IMG/VR virus record: IMGVR_UViG_3300047407_000019
Location: 1 to 55,445 of that record
DNA length: 55,445 nucleotides
Reading direction: 5' to 3' (one strand)
Source of the DNA: a virus
Lineage: Duplodnaviria; Caudoviricetes
Shown: positions 29,294 through 38,115 of the stretch, one piece after another
How the letters are laid out: every line of letters begins with the position of its first letter
How positions within the stretch are numbered: position 1 is the first letter of the stretch
The notes under the pieces: model-generated
The model's database searches: none
What the model was told of the DNA's origin: nothing
Seen by the model: the letters and a program-made list of their open reading frames with translations, nothing else
Program-made: the position numbers and the translations under genes

Positions 29294-29375
29294 GGGGAAA
29301 AGCGGATGCTGGTTACAAGCAACACAATGATCGGTTCGCTGATTTGGATTTTGCGCCAGACGCAGCGAGTACCCC
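29294..29375 (+). ncRNA. Candidate structured leader RNA upstream of cro-like gene
   Basis: GGGGAAAAGCGGATGCTGG ... CCAGACGCAGCGAGTACCCC ends pair, with a GAA/AGUA internal loop. Confidence 0.4.
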
Positions 29376-29393
29376 ACCAATGAAAGGACGACT

Positions 29394-29594
29394 ATGGATT
29401 TGAAAACCTACTTCAAAGACGAGCCGTACGGGTCAAAGAAGGAAATGGCAGAGTACCTGGGAATCACAACGACATGGCTGGGACTGCTACTCCGAAAGGC
29501 ACGACGACCGTCAGCCGCACTGGCAAAAAAGATTGAGAAGGCCACACAAGGCCTCGTGACAAAAAAAGAACTGCGACCCGATATTTTTGAGTGA
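29394..29594 (+). CDS. Cro/YdaS-like HTH regulator
   Basis: KKEMAEYLGITTTWL....RRPS..LAKKIEKATQGLVT..ELRPDIF. Confidence 0.85.
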   Translation: MDLKTYFKDEPYGSKKEMAEYLGITTTWLGLLLRKARRPSAALAKKIEKATQGLVTKKELRPDIFE

Positions 29595-29623
29595 CCCACT
29601 GTTGGGTTTTTAAAGGAGATGAA

Positions 29624-30427
29624 ATGAAAAGAGCAATCAAAGCTGTAAACATGAATGAGATTCGGATTGATGGGGGCACACAGTCTCGTGTCAGCATCGA
29701 CCCGCATTGGATTTCAGAGATCGTCGACAACATGAAGCACGATGTTGTCTATCCCGCAATTCATTGTCGATTTGATGGGGTGACATATTGGCTCTCTGAT
29801 GGTTTCCATCGGTACCATGCACACATCCAACTGGGTTTGAAGACCATCCAAGTGGCATATCTTCCAGGTTCTGTTGCCGATGCCCGTCGTGACTCATATA
29901 GCGCCAACTCTGACCATGGAAAACCGAGGTCATATGAGGACAAACGCAAGGCTGTTTTGAGCGCTTTGGCTGACCCAGACATCAAAGATAAGTCCAATCG
30001 TGAGATTGCCCGTATCTGCAGTGTGTCCCACACGTTTGTGAATGACATCATCAAATCTGAGGCAAAAAAACAACAGAAAGAGGAAAAACCTAGGGAAAAT
30101 CCTGATAAAAAACCTGCCAAAGTGGAAGCGCTTCCACCTGAGAAGGTTGATGAAGTGGAAGCGCTTCCACCTGCGGGGGGTGAAGCGCCCGATGATGCTG
30201 AGTTGTTGGCCAATCAAAAGAAGCATGAAGCTGACCTTGAAATGTTGGGAAAGTTGCTTGATGCTGATGACAAGATGGCCCATCTCTATGAAGAAAATCA
30301 GCGCCTGAACCACTTGGTGACCATGAAGGACCTGCGAATCAAAGAGTTGATGAGCGAGAAGGGTGCCGCAGTAAAGATGGTCAAAGACCTCCAAAAACAA
30401 CTTGACAAACTGAAAGCCAAAAAATGA
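29624..30427 (+). CDS. ParB-like protein (ParB/Srx N-domain, HTH, C-terminal coiled coil)
   Basis: IRIDGGTQSR, DGFHRYHA (GxxRxxA), N.DHG, HTH SNREIARICSVSHTFV; RBS AAGGAG. Confidence 0.85.
   Translation: MKRAIKAVNMNEIRIDGGTQSRVSIDPHWISEIVDNMKHDVVYPAIHCRFDGVTYWLSDGFHRYHAHIQLGLKTIQVAYLPGSVADARRDSYSANSDHGKPRSYEDKRKAVLSALADPDIKDKSNREIARICSVSHTFVNDIIKSEAKKQQKEEKPRENPDKKPAKVEALPPEKVDEVEALPPAGGEAPDDAELLANQKKHEADLEMLGKLLDADDKMAHLYEENQRLNHLVTMKDLRIKELMSEKGAAVKMVKDLQKQLDKLKAKK
30122..30170. repeat. Palindrome copies 5 and 6 (exact; 33 bp apart) inside the ParB-like gene
   Basis: Cores at 30122-30137 and 30155-30170; read VEALPP twice. Confidence 0.95.
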
Positions 30428-31953
30428 ATGCAGTCCTAGCGCCGAGTGAGCGTGATGACGGATTTCCAGCGCCACGCCAATTCCAAATTGATGCCCACAA
30501 TGCCCTCAGAAAGGGTTTTAAAGAGGGTCACAAGAACCAATTGATCATGGCCCCCACGGGTGCCGGCAAGACCTATCTGGGTCTGCGGGTGTGCTATGAG
30601 GCCATGCAACGGGGCAAGAAGGCTGTCTTCCTGTGTGACAGGACTACCTTGATTGACCAGACCTCTGCGGTGGCTGATCGGTATGGTCTCCAAGACCATG
30701 GAGTCATCCAGGCCCAACATTGGCGTCGCCGGCCAGATGAGTTGCTCCAGATTGCCTCTGTGCAGACAGTGGCCAAGCGCCAGTTCTGGCCACAGATGGA
30801 TGTCTTGGTGGTCGATGAGGCGCACACCACCTACAAGGCTTGGACGAACTTTGCTAAGGAGACTGGTGCGGCGGTGATCGGTTTGTCGGCGACTCCCTTC
30901 ACGCCGAGTCTTGGGAAGATATTCACCAACCTGGTCAATGCGACCACCATGCATGATCTGACTCAGTTGGGTGTGTTGACCCCAATGCGGATCTTCTCCT
31001 GCCGCAAGCCTGACATGACTGGTGCTGAAACTCAGGGCAAGTTGGGTGAGTGGACTGACAAGGCCGCTGAGGAGCGCGAGATGGCCATTGTTGGGGATGT
31101 GGTCAATGACTGGCTCACCTATGGTGAGAACAGAAAGACCATTGTGTTTGGAGCGACGATCAAGCACTGTCAGGAGCTTGCGCGCCAATTCATCGCCAAT
31201 GGGGTGATGGCCGCGGTGTTCACTTCGGAGACCACCGCCAAAGAGCGCGAGGAGTTGCTCAAGGAGTACAGAACGCCCGACAGCATGCTCAAGGTGCTGA
31301 TCAGCGTGGAAGCCCTTGCAAAGGGTTTTGACGTGCCTGACGTGGGTTGTATTTGCGATGCCAGACCTTTGAGGAAAAGCCTGAGTACTGCCATCCAGAT
31401 GTGGGGTCGGGGTTTGCGCTCGAGCCCAGGCAAGAAGGACTGCCACTTGCTGGACTTCTCGGGCAACATCATTCGATTTTTTGATGACTTCAACGACATC
31501 TATTTCAATGGTTTGGATGCCTTGAATGATGGTGAGAAGTTGGACAAGAAGGTCAGGACGAAGGAAGAGTTTGAGAAGAAGGGTTGCCCTCGTTGTGGCT
31601 ACACGCCATTTCACAAGCGGTGCATGGCCTGCGGCTTTGAGAAGCAATCCACCACGATCACTGAAGTCAAACCGGGTGACATGCGCGAGATTTACATGGG
31701 TGAGGGCAAGAACAAAAAGAAGATGGCTGACAATGCTGAGCACTTGTGGAATCAGTGCTGTTCATACGCCAGGATTCACAGCAAACCTGAATCTCAACAG
31801 GGAAGGTCATATCATCTGTTCAAGAAGATTACTGGCCAAGACCCGATCTGGAAGTTTTCTACTGCTCCACAGGTGGAAATCCTGAATGCGGTGTACAACA
31901 AAATTCAACAGATGAACATGGCCTACAAAGCCGCAACAAAGGGGTTGAGATGA
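30424..31953 (+). CDS. Superfamily 2 helicase with C-terminal Zn ribbon
   Basis: APTGAGKT, DEAH, SAT, QMWGRGLR, CPRC..CMAC. Confidence 0.92.
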   Translation: MNAVLAPSERDDGFPAPRQFQIDAHNALRKGFKEGHKNQLIMAPTGAGKTYLGLRVCYEAMQRGKKAVFLCDRTTLIDQTSAVADRYGLQDHGVIQAQHWRRRPDELLQIASVQTVAKRQFWPQMDVLVVDEAHTTYKAWTNFAKETGAAVIGLSATPFTPSLGKIFTNLVNATTMHDLTQLGVLTPMRIFSCRKPDMTGAETQGKLGEWTDKAAEEREMAIVGDVVNDWLTYGENRKTIVFGATIKHCQELARQFIANGVMAAVFTSETTAKEREELLKEYRTPDSMLKVLISVEALAKGFDVPDVGCICDARPLRKSLSTAIQMWGRGLRSSPGKKDCHLLDFSGNIIRFFDDFNDIYFNGLDALNDGEKLDKKVRTKEEFEKKGCPRCGYTPFHKRCMACGFEKQSTTITEVKPGDMREIYMGEGKNKKKMADNAEHLWNQCCSYARIHSKPESQQGRSYHLFKKITGQDPIWKFSTAPQVEILNAVYNKIQQMNMAYKAATKGLR

Positions 31954-32102
31954 AAAAACCACCCAATCAAAAAGTGTGTCTGTATTTGGCTCAGATGTAT
32001 TGGGACATACCTCGACGCACAGAAGAGCAAACCCGCCTGAGTTGGGATTACCTGATCTGTTGGGCTTTTTACGAGATGTATGTGGAAGGATACTTTGAAT
32101 GA
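31950..32102 (+). CDS. Small hypothetical protein, 50 aa (absent from ORF track)
   Basis: MKKPPNQKVCLYLAQMYW...EGYFE; ATGA overlaps both neighbours. Confidence 0.6.
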   Translation: MKKPPNQKVCLYLAQMYWDIPRRTEEQTRLSWDYLICWAFYEMYVEGYFE

Positions 32103-32968
32103 GTTTCATTGACTTTGCTCGAGCCCATGGGGTGGAGATCGACCCTTCAAAGTTGTACCCATCAGACAAGATCAAGCGGTGTGGGACTGTGGAGAGACCG
32201 CGGTCAGGCAACGGAGCCTACTTCTGGGATGGACAGAGGGGTTGGTGCATGGACTGGTCAGGAGAGGCCAAGGTGATCTGGTATGAGGACCCCAATGCCA
32301 AACCATGGACTGAGGAAGAAAAACGCGTCTGGGCGGCTAAAAGGGCTTCTGCGGCCACTGAACAGGAGCATCGCTACCAACAAGCCGCGCTTCAGGCAGA
32401 CATCACCCTGAGATCGGCCAAGCCTGATTACCACCCCTACCTTGAGATGAAGGGGTTCAAAGAAGAGAAGGGGTTGGTTCTGGACGACAAACTGCTGATC
32501 CCGATGAGGAACGTGGTGACCAATAAACTCCATGGATACCAGTCGATTCGGTGGATTCCAGAGGTCAGGAAGTATGAGAAGAAGATGCTGACAGGCATGA
32601 GGGCCAAGAATGCCGTGATGTACATGGGGAATAGGGATCAGGGTGAATCTTGGATTGTGGAAGGGTTTGCCACGGGGTTGAGTGTCAGGAATGCCTTGAG
32701 GAGTGTGGGATTACCTGGATCGGTGGTGGTGTGCTTTTCGGCGTCAAATTTGATCCAGGTGGCTGACCAGATCCCCGGCAAGAGGTTTGTCTTTGCTGAC
32801 AACGATGAGAGCAAGACTGGGGAGAAGGCGGCGCAACAGACTGGACTGCCTTGGACGATGGCTGATGAAGTGGGCATGGATGCCAATGACCTGCATGCCA
32901 AGAGGGGTCTTTTTGCTGTGGTGAAAAAAATCATGGACTGCCGAGCCAAGGAGGCATTACACTCTTGA
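32099..32968 (+). CDS. Toprim-domain DNA primase
   Basis: HPYL..KG, LLIPM, EGFATGLS, FADND, DANDL. Confidence 0.88.
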   Translation: MSFIDFARAHGVEIDPSKLYPSDKIKRCGTVERPRSGNGAYFWDGQRGWCMDWSGEAKVIWYEDPNAKPWTEEEKRVWAAKRASAATEQEHRYQQAALQADITLRSAKPDYHPYLEMKGFKEEKGLVLDDKLLIPMRNVVTNKLHGYQSIRWIPEVRKYEKKMLTGMRAKNAVMYMGNRDQGESWIVEGFATGLSVRNALRSVGLPGSVVVCFSASNLIQVADQIPGKRFVFADNDESKTGEKAAQQTGLPWTMADEVGMDANDLHAKRGLFAVVKKIMDCRAKEALHS

Positions 32969-32974
32969 TTTGAA

Positions 32975-33051
32975 GCCCTTGTAGCTCAGTTGGTAGAGCA
33001 CCTGTTTTGTACTCAGGAGGTCGGGCGTTCGATTCGACCCCAAGGGCACCA
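32975..33051 (+). tRNA. tRNA-Thr (anticodon TGT)
   Basis: Acceptor GCCCTTG/CAAGGGC plus ACCA; D-arm GCTC-AGTTGGTA-GAGC; anticodon loop TT-TGT-AC; GTTCGATTC. Confidence 0.88.
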
Positions 33052-33061
33052 AAAAAAGTAC

Positions 33062-33092
33062 TTGACATCTACTAGTAGAGATTAGATACAAT
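33062..33092 (+). promoter_or_regulatory. Sigma70-like promoter (long spacer)
   Basis: TTGACA-N19-TACAAT; the spacer contains palindrome TCTACTAGTAGA. Confidence 0.5.
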
Positions 33093-33143
33093 ACACACAT
33101 CAACGGACTGGTAACCCGTTGTAGTTCATCGAAACGAATCCGC

Positions 33144-33244
33144 AAACCCATTGGTGAGCGGGCTTTGTCAAAGCTGGGAAATCCTGTCGATGCAGGCTCT
33201 CATGCGGCAACCAAGCCTAAAGCTCGTTCACCAATGGGTTTTTT
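33144..33244 (+). ncRNA. Long hairpin/attenuator-like structured RNA
   Basis: 23-bp arms 33144-33166 and 33219-33241, perfect except two G-U pairs on the + strand; ends in a U-run. Confidence 0.6.
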
Positions 33245-33527
33245 GCTTTCTAGCCGTTACCCGTACTCCGCACGATAGCAAGCACCTCAGTCGTGGTGGC
33301 GCGGAAGGAAAGCGTAACTGGTATGACTTCGTTCTAGGGGGCAGTTCCCGAACAATCCAGTCGGCTGGTCGAATCATCAAGCCGGGGGCATACGGTATCC
33401 AATCCGTAGCATGATGATCCTGCATTGCAGGGGTGAAGCACCTTCTCCTTCCTTACCCTTTATGGGGTAGGGGGGGTCTTTGGGTGAAAATATATTAAGA
33501 GGGTAAAAGGGGCTAGCCCAAAAAAAT

Positions 33528-33558
33528 TTGACACAAAACACAAACAAAGTGTTAGACT
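33528..33558 (+). promoter_or_regulatory. Promoter
   Basis: TTGACA-N19-TAGACT with TG extension, upstream of an AAGGAG RBS. Confidence 0.55.
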
Positions 33559-33593
33559 GTGATCACCACAACAAAGTGGGTTAAGGAGAACAG

Positions 33594-34046
33594 GTGAGAA
33601 CGTATTCGATGCTTGATGCGATGATGGCTAGTCCTACTGAGCCGTTACCGATAGAAAAGCGCATGTATCAACTGCAGGTGATGTGGCAGGGGATGGACAA
33701 TCTTGAGAAGTCACCGAGCCCGACGGTGAATGATTGGCAAGTGGTTGCTGATGCCATCAACATGATGGAGGCTTTGAGGGACATAGGGGCGGTGGAAGAC
33801 CCTGATGGGGCTTTGGACGATGCCATCCAAGCCATGGGGAAAGCTGGTTACCGATCTTTGGGTGGAAAGAACATCCGACTTGATGGGGCGGCGATCAATC
33901 TCATGAGGGGCATTTTGGAGGACTACTGTGAGGCTTTGAATGCTTTGCCGGCTAGAACTGTCATCTCAGCCCACCGCTATGCTGAAAAGCGCATACAGGC
34001 GATTTTGAAGGGCAAGAAACACAAACATGATGTGGTGGTCAAATGA
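33594..34046 (+). CDS. Hypothetical phage protein
   Basis: GTG start with AAGGAG. Confidence 0.75.
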   Translation: MRTYSMLDAMMASPTEPLPIEKRMYQLQVMWQGMDNLEKSPSPTVNDWQVVADAINMMEALRDIGAVEDPDGALDDAIQAMGKAGYRSLGGKNIRLDGAAINLMRGILEDYCEALNALPARTVISAHRYAEKRIQAILKGKKHKHDVVVK

Positions 34047-34306
34047 CTGAACTGGAAGACAAAGTGTTCATGAGGCGCTATGGAGTCTTCACTACCGAGG
34101 GTCTTGATCATGATGAGGCGGCAGAACTGGCGTTTGAGATGACTCAGAGGGATCGGGATGAGTTTGATGACCGCCGAGTCTGTTTTGAGTGTGCACACTA
34201 TGTCAAGAAGTACTGCCAGAGGATTCTTGTTAATGGTAAGCCGACACAACGACTGAGATTCATTCTGCAACGCTGTGAATATTTCAAACTGAAGGGGACG
34301 AAATGA
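34043..34306 (+). CDS. Cys-containing hypothetical protein
   Basis: RDRD..DDRRVCFEC...LQRC. Confidence 0.7.
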   Translation: MTELEDKVFMRRYGVFTTEGLDHDEAAELAFEMTQRDRDEFDDRRVCFECAHYVKKYCQRILVNGKPTQRLRFILQRCEYFKLKGTK

Positions 34307-34470
34307 AAAACAAGAAACTGATGTTGGAGGTCTCACATGCGCGCATGCGTATGGGGATGATGATGGACTGGTTTGAGATAGCAAAAGACTGGGGAAACTA
34401 TTTCAAGTGCTGTTGCATGTTCAGGGCATATGACGAGATGTTGGAGAAACTCAAAAAGGAGATGAAATGA
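34303..34470 (+). CDS. Small hypothetical protein, 55 aa (absent from ORF track)
   Basis: MKNKKLMLEVSHARMRMG...; ATGA coupling on both ends. Confidence 0.6.
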   Translation: MKNKKLMLEVSHARMRMGMMMDWFEIAKDWGNYFKCCCMFRAYDEMLEKLKKEMK

Positions 34471-34916
34471 ACATCATGGGAATTGATCCCGGTTTGTCGG
34501 GAGCTTTTGTGGTTCTGGAGGATGGGACACCGATTGAGTGGGGAATCATGCCCATCGTGGTGGAGGGATCCAGCAAGAGGGTGAATGGGACGCATCTGGC
34601 GGCGATTTGGAGGAACACCAAGATCGACGTGGCATTCCTTGAGAACGTCGGCGCTATGCCTGGACAGGGGGTGACCTCCATGTTCACGTTTGGACACGCT
34701 GTAGGCACTGTCAGGGGCGTTCTAGGGGCATTGGAGATACCAGTAAGGCTGATCACCCCACAAGTCTGGAAAAAGCATGTGGGTTTGATCCACAAGGACA
34801 AAGATGCCGCTCGGTCGCTGGCTATTCAGATGTGGCCTGAGTGGAGGGTTTTGGACAAGAAGGGTGAGGGTCAAGCACTGGCTGATGCCGCATTGATTGC
34901 GAGGTATGGACTATGA
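34467..34916 (+). CDS. ruvC: RuvC-like Holliday junction resolvase
   Basis: GIDPGLSGA, E.VGAMPGQGVTSMF.FG, PQVWKK, ADAALIA. Confidence 0.88.
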   Translation: MNIMGIDPGLSGAFVVLEDGTPIEWGIMPIVVEGSSKRVNGTHLAAIWRNTKIDVAFLENVGAMPGQGVTSMFTFGHAVGTVRGVLGALEIPVRLITPQVWKKHVGLIHKDKDAARSLAIQMWPEWRVLDKKGEGQALADAALIARYGL

Positions 34917-35107
34917 GAAACGTCAGCGGATACCTGACTGAAGACGGAAAGTTCTTCACAGACAAAAAGGAAGCCGAGGCTCATGAGCGTTTTGCTGTCA
35001 TGGATAAGCACATCAGGCAGTTTGTGGAAATGCATTACAAGGGCGCCTCGTCGGTCGTGGAGTATCTGAGACATTGGGAACAGTACAGATCGGAGGTGAG
35101 CAAATGA
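34913..35107 (+). CDS. Hypothetical protein
   Basis: YLTEDGKFF..K.EAEAHE motif; coupled ORF. Confidence 0.7.
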   Translation: MRNVSGYLTEDGKFFTDKKEAEAHERFAVMDKHIRQFVEMHYKGASSVVEYLRHWEQYRSEVSK

Positions 35108-35448
35108 CCACAGATGAAATACGCACTTACTTTGCCCTTAAAGGCGTAAGCCAGAGAGAAGTTGGTAGGTTCATTGGAGTTGATGCACGAACAATCAGGA
35201 GTTGGTTTTCAGGTGACAAAGAGCCGCCGCAACTTTTTATCATGGCCATTGAAGCCGACATTTTTGGAGTGGAAGAATACCTCCAAGAGCGCATCAACAA
35301 AAGGCTTGTGCTAAAGAAGATGAGCGATATGCAACAGCGAATTGAAACACTATATGCCTTGTATGAGCAGGCATCCAAACAACGCGATCAGGTAATGGAA
35401 AATCAACGCGCCATGATGATGGCACATATAAAGGAAATGAAGAAATGA
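35104..35448 (+). CDS. HTH protein with C-terminal coiled coil
   Basis: GVSQREVGRFIGVDARTIRSW; RBS GGAGGTG. Confidence 0.75.
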   Translation: MTTDEIRTYFALKGVSQREVGRFIGVDARTIRSWFSGDKEPPQLFIMAIEADIFGVEEYLQERINKRLVLKKMSDMQQRIETLYALYEQASKQRDQVMENQRAMMMAHIKEMKK

Positions 35449-35711
35449 AATTCCGCAAAAAGCCCGTGGTCATTGAGGCCACGCAGTGGTTCAAGGACGG
35501 TGACCATCCAGCAGTGCGCCGTGGAAGATTTACTGGTAGAGCGTTGGTGGACACGCTTGAGGGGGAACACATGGTTACCCCAGGCGATTGGATCATCACT
35601 GGCGTGAAGGGTGAGCACTACGCCTGCAAGCCCGACATCTTTGAAATGACTTATGAGCCTGTGGAAATTGAATTCAAATATGAATCATATCCACCGGAGG
35701 TGAGCAAATGA
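35445..35711 (+). CDS. Conserved phage protein (PGDYG-like)
   Basis: KFRKKPVVIEA..TLEG...PGDWII.G.KGE.Y.CKPDIF..TYE. Confidence 0.8.
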   Translation: MKFRKKPVVIEATQWFKDGDHPAVRRGRFTGRALVDTLEGEHMVTPGDWIITGVKGEHYACKPDIFEMTYEPVEIEFKYESYPPEVSK

Positions 35712-36049
35712 GCGACAAAAACATATCAGATGCTGTGGACTACCTGTATACCCATGGGCGCAAATATGCTGAGGCGAAAGGACAGAGGGTGCAGCTCGAG
35801 GAGTACCGCAAGAGCTTGAAAGCGATGCTGATGAAAAAGGCTTTGTCGGATGGGAGAGCCAAGACATCAGCCGCGGCTGAGATGGAGGCTTATGCTGACC
35901 AGTCCTATGTGGAGCTGCTCAAGGGCCTTGGATCGGCCGTAGAGCGAGAAGAAGAGCTTAGGTGGGGGTTGGTATCAGCACAGGCACGAATTGATGTGTG
36001 GCGCTCTCAGGAAGCTAGCAACAGAACAATGGACAAGGTGACAATGTGA
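35708..36049 (+). CDS. Conserved helical phage protein
   Basis: A.MEAYA...Y, IDVWRSQEASNR. Confidence 0.75.
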   Translation: MSDKNISDAVDYLYTHGRKYAEAKGQRVQLEEYRKSLKAMLMKKALSDGRAKTSAAAEMEAYADQSYVELLKGLGSAVEREEELRWGLVSAQARIDVWRSQEASNRTMDKVTM

Positions 36050-37053
36050 ACAAGATAGAGTTTGGTGATTGCCGAGAAACGATGCGTCGTTGGGCACAAG
36101 AGGGCGTGAAGGTTCAGACCTGTGTGACCAGCCCACCTTATTATGGTCTGCGTGATTATGGGCATGATGGTCAAATAGGTCTTGAAGAAACGCCAGAGGA
36201 ATACATCGCCAACATGGTTGAGGTTTTTCGATGCGTGAAAGACATTCTTGCTGATGATGGGACGCTGTGGGTCAATATTGGGGACAGTTACAACGGCTCT
36301 GGTGGACAAGGCACTAAGCCAAATATCATGTCAAGAGAAGCGGCAGAAGGACGTGGTGGCAAGGCAATAAAAGTTGACGGCATAAAGCCAAAAGACCTGA
36401 TTGGCATACCTTGGATGCTTGCGTTTGCCCTGCGTGCTGATGGTTGGTATCTGCGTCAAGACATTATTTGGCACAAACCCAACCCGATGCCTGAGAGTGT
36501 GCAAGACAGATGCACCAAGGCGCATGAATACATCTTCCTGTTGAGTAAGTCACCCAAGTATTACTATGACCATGAGGCTATCAAAGAGCCTGCCCTTGAT
36601 GTTTCTTTGGCAAGAATGCAAAGAGGTGTAAGTGATAGCCATAAAAATGTTAATGGCGCACCTGGTCAAACTCCGCATAGTATGAATAAGCCAAGACCCA
36701 ACATGAAAAATGTACAGCCAGATGGTCAAACTCCAAATTCATTTCATGTTCGTAGACAAAATGGCGAGGCTGATGAGGTTTATGAAAATCGTAACAAGCG
36801 TAGTGTTTGGACAGTCACTACAAAGCCCTATGAGGGCGCACACTTTGCTGTGTTTCCATCTGACCTGATTGAGCCTTGCATCTTGGCTGGTGCGCCTGTA
36901 GGCGGGATTGTTCTTGATCCGTTCATGGGTAGTGGCACAACAGCGCAAGTGGCACAAAACCTTGGTCGGCAATACATGGGTTGTGAACTCAATCCAGATT
37001 ACAAGCCATTACAGGACAAACGCCTGAGCCAATTGTCTTTGGAGTTGGAATGA
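36046..37053 (+). CDS. DNA amino-methyltransferase, beta class (probably N4-cytosine)
   Basis: TSPPY catalytic motif N-terminal; VLDPFMGSGTT SAM-binding motif C-terminal. Confidence 0.92.
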   Translation: MNKIEFGDCRETMRRWAQEGVKVQTCVTSPPYYGLRDYGHDGQIGLEETPEEYIANMVEVFRCVKDILADDGTLWVNIGDSYNGSGGQGTKPNIMSREAAEGRGGKAIKVDGIKPKDLIGIPWMLAFALRADGWYLRQDIIWHKPNPMPESVQDRCTKAHEYIFLLSKSPKYYYDHEAIKEPALDVSLARMQRGVSDSHKNVNGAPGQTPHSMNKPRPNMKNVQPDGQTPNSFHVRRQNGEADEVYENRNKRSVWTVTTKPYEGAHFAVFPSDLIEPCILAGAPVGGIVLDPFMGSGTTAQVAQNLGRQYMGCELNPDYKPLQDKRLSQLSLELE

Positions 37054-37322
37054 ACGGAACCCTCAATGCATCCGAGCGCAAGTGGGTGGGGTTGGTCAAG
37101 GAACAGCCCTGCTCAGTCTGTGGTAACAATCCCCCAAGTGATGCTCATCATATTAAGCAGGGCAATCACTACACAACAGTAGCTTTATGTAAATCTTGCC
37201 ATCAAGGTAGCCTCCTTGGACTCCATGGCCAAAAGAGAGCATGGGCAATTGCAAAGATGGATGAGATTGATGCCCTGAACATCACCATCAAAAACATCTT
37301 TTCCAGCCTGACAAGTAAATAA
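37050..37322 (+). CDS. HNH-like nuclease (Ref/DUF968-like)
   Basis: CSVC...DAHH...LCKSCH...GLHG. Confidence 0.75.
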   Translation: MNGTLNASERKWVGLVKEQPCSVCGNNPPSDAHHIKQGNHYTTVALCKSCHQGSLLGLHGQKRAWAIAKMDEIDALNITIKNIFSSLTSK

Positions 37323-37350
37323 TCTGTTTTCAAATTCCCTAACAAAATAT

Positions 37351-37431
37351 TAGGGTAAGTCCCTATGTTCGACAAACCGAAACAATCTGTTAGAATCCTA
37401 ATCACTGCAACGTCGCAGGTTTATCTAGGAG
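37351..37431 (+). promoter_or_regulatory. Early promoter-leader module, copy A
   Basis: TAGGG..CCCTA box, TGTTAGAAT extended -10, CTGC-N6-GCAG dyad, AGGAG RBS; near-duplicate at about 41.7 kb. Confidence 0.65.
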
Positions 37432-37437
37432 TTCCAA

Positions 37438-37746
37438 ATGACAGTTCAAGCCCTCATCCAAGCCACCTCAGCCATTGAGTCGCTGGCAAACCCCATCGAC
37501 CAACTTGCTGTGTTCGATGCAGAGATCAAGCGTCTCGAGGCAATCACCAAACAATTGAAGGCTGACATCAGCAACACTTTCGGTGAAGGCAAGCACCGTG
37601 GTGAGAAGTATGGTGTGTCAGTCCTGTTGTGCAACACCACCAAGGTTGACTACAAGGCTCTGCTTGCAGAATTGGGTGCAACACCTGAGCAGATCGCCAA
37701 GCACACCACCACCGGCGCATCCATCCGTGTTACTGCAACCGCTTAA
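37438..37746 (+). CDS. Hypothetical protein
   Basis: RBS AGGAG; followed by a GGCCC-TTCG-GGGCC hairpin. Confidence 0.75.
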   Translation: MTVQALIQATSAIESLANPIDQLAVFDAEIKRLEAITKQLKADISNTFGEGKHRGEKYGVSVLLCNTTKVDYKALLAELGATPEQIAKHTTTGASIRVTATA

Positions 37747-37777
37747 TCAACGGCCCTTCGGGGCCATGGAGACTACC

Positions 37778-37957
37778 ATGCAAAAAACAACCAAGTGGAC
37801 AAAGTGTTTTGTCGTTGAGGTTTTTGAGAATGGGTTTTGGAAGACCATGACCAGGCCCATGACTGAATTGCAAGCCATGCGCCTGATGTTGACAGATCGG
37901 ATCCTGTGCCGCTTCTATGACATCAACAAAGCCCGAGTTGTCAAAGTTGAATATTGA
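37778..37957 (+). CDS. Hypothetical protein
   Basis: GGAG RBS, MQKTTKW... Confidence 0.55.
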   Translation: MQKTTKWTKCFVVEVFENGFWKTMTRPMTELQAMRLMLTDRILCRFYDINKARVVKVEY

Positions 37958-37967
37958 GGAGACCACC

Positions 37968-38105
37968 ATGGAATACACAGTCACAGTCCGCGCAAAGACA
38001 CGAGCAGTCTATGAATATGTTGTCCAAGCCGCCTCAGAAGAAGAGGCAATGGACAAGGTCTTGGAAGACATCTGCTATGACATGGCCGACATTTGGGTTG
38101 ATTAA
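37968..38105 (+). CDS. Small hypothetical protein
   Basis: GAGGAG RBS; YTVTV...V.A.SEEEA motif. Confidence 0.65.
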   Translation: MEYTVTVRAKTRAVYEYVVQAASEEEAMDKVLEDICYDMADIWVD

Positions 38106-38115
38106 GGAGAAAACC

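Noticed and set aside
31306-31321. GTGGAAGCCCTTGCAA as another palindrome copy
   Set aside because: Three mismatches, and explained by the helicase motif V coding sequence (VEALAKGFD).
30436-31743. 435-aa minus-strand ORF
   Set aside because: Antisense shadow of the helicase with no recognisable motifs; the same applies to 4253-5062, 8723-9559 and 1259-1939.
32957-33425. ORFs 32957-33151(-), 33151-33414(+) and 33228-33425(-)
   Set aside because: They overlap the tRNA and the hairpin region, lack a clear RBS and do not look like proteins.
36046-37322. Methyltransferase plus HNH as a restriction-modification pair, or as the reason for the palindrome
   Set aside because: Both are common stand-alone phage genes. 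Methyltransferase targets are 4-8 bp and would not explain a conserved 16-mer.
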